Part shown: piece by piece, positions 61,472 to 64,000 of the stretch
Numbering within the stretch: the stretch's first letter is position 1
Layout: each line of letters opens with the position of its first letter
NCBI GenBank assembly: GCA_030704615.1
Contig: CM060731.1
Span: forward strand, 90,272,001 to 90,336,000
DNA length: 64,000 nt
Reading direction: 5' to 3'
Origin: Takakia lepidozioides
Lineage: Eukaryota; Plantae; Bryophyta
Made by a program: the position numbers and the translations under genes
The notes under the pieces: generated by a model
Told to the model about the DNA's origin: nothing
The model's database searches: none
What the model saw: the letters and a program-made list of their open reading frames with translations, nothing else

Positions 61472-64000
61472 GGGGGCTGCTATTTCATGAGCGGCATGAG
61501 CATGAGCGGAAAAAAAAAAAGCAGGAGCGGGCCATTGTATGTCCACGGAAATAGGGTTAGGAGGCACGGAAATAGGGTCATGTGGACTCGTCATAGCAAT
61601 GAAATGCAACATTTTATTGGAAATTTTGTGGCAAGCCACGTCTATACAAGTGTGTCCTAACTGACATAGCAGGAATGGGAACTACTCTCCTACACCTTCC
61701 GAGGAACTTGGCCCTCCTTCTTCCTCATCCCCCTCATCCCCCCCATCCTCCGAGCTCTGTGATGCATCAGTTGCACTATGCCTCTCAAAAATTCCGTCCT
61801 CTCCTTGGAGGACTGTCCACTCACCTCCTGGAATCTTCTGCCTCTTCTCCCCACTTTCCTCAGCAGAATCCAAGACAAGTCTACGAGCCCGACGGGCTCT
61901 AATAGCTGCTGCCTCCTCCCTCATGTTCATTTTCTTGAGGCTTGCCTCGTCTAAAATCTGCTGTACACAACTAGGTTCGGAACACCTCCTAATGGACACC
62001 AAAGCAAGCCGGGCAACATAAGTAGGAAGGATGTAGTCCCTTTCTGGACTAGGCATGAAATCCCCCCTGGCAAAAAAGGCACGTTCCTCCTGCCCATGAA
62101 CTCCGGTGTAGACGTCCCTCCTGCAGTACTTGACATCCTACAGTAAGAACAAATCCACTTCAAGAATGTCAATACCAGCAGAAGCAAAAAGGGTTTTCAA
62201 TGAAATAAGAGAGCGAAGGGAGGTGCCTAACAAAATCTGGAGGCAACTTACAATGCGACCACTCACTCGTAAACCGGGGGCTCCTTGGCCTCGATCCCAA
62301 CTTGTTCCTCCCCCTGCTCCTTCTCGGATTTTTCCTCATCCTCCGAGGATGCCTCTTCCTCAGCCGCTGCAAGTTCCGAGTTGTGGAGGGCAGTATCTGG
62401 CTCAAAGGCGAACACATGCCTGTCGGACAACATCCTTGCCCACATTGAAGCACCTGAGGAACAAAGCGGGCGGTTAATAGCTTGCGGCATGCAATTGCAA
62501 TCGGGCCAGGGGACAAACTGAGCACGTGAAGGCTTATCCATGCCACATGTGAGGTCAAGAATATGCCCTTGGACATCCGAGCACGTCTCCATGAGGGTTT
62601 GGATGAAAGCAGGGCTCCGGGTCCGGCTGTACCGCCACGGTTTGCTTGTCTTTGTGTCCTTCGGCATACTGGAGTGGGGCACATAGTTATAGAGGACATC
62701 GTAGGTAATAGGGTCCACAGTGGCATCAACAAGACGACCGTCATTGCGGAATTTGAACATAGACCCTCTCTTCACAAAGCAATATGCCTCAAACACCAAT
62801 GTCTGCACATCCAACAAAAGAGGGATCAACTCCGGGATCTAGTTTAGATACACCACAATATGAGGTGAATGCAATAGATTGATAATTACACTTTGGCCCT
62901 CTGTTCGCAACCCCTGTGTATTGATGCAGAACCATTTTCTGAGGAGGACCGGGGTGACACTTTTCGGTGTTCATCTTGCCACCGCATTCTCTGTGGTCTT
63001 CCCTCTTGTGGCAAGGACAACAACACATCCACCGTCATCCAAGAGCATCCCCGCCAGCCCAAACCCGGCTTTCCAGTAGTCCTCAGTAAACCTGTTTCAG
63101 GTGGGCACACCATCCAGGCCCTCCAGCAGCTCCCCATCTGGAATGTCGAGGAGAATCATATCGCAAGCTCTCTCAACCTCAACCCCCCCCCCCCCCGAGT
63201 GCTCTTGCAATACATGCTCACAGCCGTGAAGAATTCCATCATGGCTTCAAAACCAGGGGTGTCTTTAGGCTCTGTACCGGCAGCCCTCTTCTTGGCTTTC
63301 CCCTCCTGCTCCGCCAGATACTTGCTGTGTGCCACCTTCTTCACCCTGGCAGCGAGAGCGTCAAGGAAGCTCTCATTGACGCATTGGATGATGGTTGGAG
63401 GTTCTAGCTTTGGCCTGTGCGTAAACGTCACTGCCGAATACCGCTGTGTAGGCTCGCCCTCAAATGCCAACTTCTTGGCAGAGCCAGTCCAACTCCGAAC
63501 TGACTTGGGAACCCGGACGACCGGTGACTGGGTAGCAGCAGCAGCAGTCGCATGACCTTGAACAAAGTCGTCGTCCGAGTCACTCCCTTGGGTCCCCTCC
63601 TGCGCCTCCTTCGATGCCCCGATGGTTTTTTGTTTTTTGGGTGTTACTGTACTCACCTGTTTCCTTGTCCTTTTCCTTTGGCCTTTATTCTTCTCATTCA
63701 ATTTCTCCTGAATTCTTGCTTGAGCAAGCTCTGCCGCTTTCCTGGAGTTCGCAAGCACTTTTGCCTCTTTTGGACCCAGCGGAGGCAGCGGAGCCCCGTT
63801 TCGTCGGGCCTCAGCATCTAGCTTCAATTGAAACTCGGATGGGTCGAGCGAGCCGGGCGGAAGGTCCACATACCAAGGGCAATCACGCAAATGTTCCAGA
63901 TGCCACTCCTTCACAATAACGTCAGTGTACATGGAGTCAGCCCCAGGGTTCCTCCATGCCAGGAAGAATGGTGGCTCGAAAGACAGATGACCTTTCTCCA
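61472..64000. mobile_element. MULE element D (left end; runs out of the window)
   Basis: Starts GGGGGCTGCTATTTCATGAGCGGCATGAGCATGAGC, matching the terminus consensus; predicted TSD TGTAGTAGC. Confidence 0.85.
61682..64000 (-). CDS. Multi-exon MTase-like gene of element D (5' part outside the window)
   Basis: WHLEHLRDCPWY, IIQCVNESFL, CDMILLDIPDG, GLAGMLLDDGGCVVVL, RTRSPAFIQTLMETCSDVQGHILDLTCG/GASMWARMLSDRHVFAFEPD, LPTYVA..WTVLQGEDGIFE; colinear with the element A gene. Confidence 0.82.

Overview
Eukaryotic nuclear DNA, almost entirely transposon-derived. Spliceosomal introns, PPR fragments and a plant-type mitochondrial EF-Tu fragment suggest a land plant, probably non-seed (inference). No intact host gene is visible. 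1-19 kb holds degenerate repeats, captured host-gene fragments (PPR, EF-Tu, SEC13) and a Ty3/Gypsy remnant. 19-64 kb is a nest of at least five related Mutator-like (MULE) DNA transposons, interleaved with an RNase H-bearing LINE and LTR elements. The main result is the cargo of these MULEs. Besides a DDE+SWIM transposase, they carry (i) a multi-exon gene for a ParB/Sulfiredoxin-like domain fused to a beta-class N6-A/N4-C DNA methyltransferase-like domain with a conserved non-canonical DIPDG motif, (ii) family-specific arrays of CG-N4-CG-centred palindromes, and (iii) in two families, a small Cys/Trp-rich orphan gene. One copy (37873-49497) has both ends and a perfect 9-bp target-site duplication (TSD). 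The layout suggests a transposon-encoded, sequence-specific DNA-binding or modification system, conceptually like VANDAL/VANC but built from prokaryote-like ParB-MTase parts; the function is inference. TSD analysis also points to a roughly 17 kb inversion that split one element and its host LINE. All domain calls come from motif recognition by eye, not database searches.
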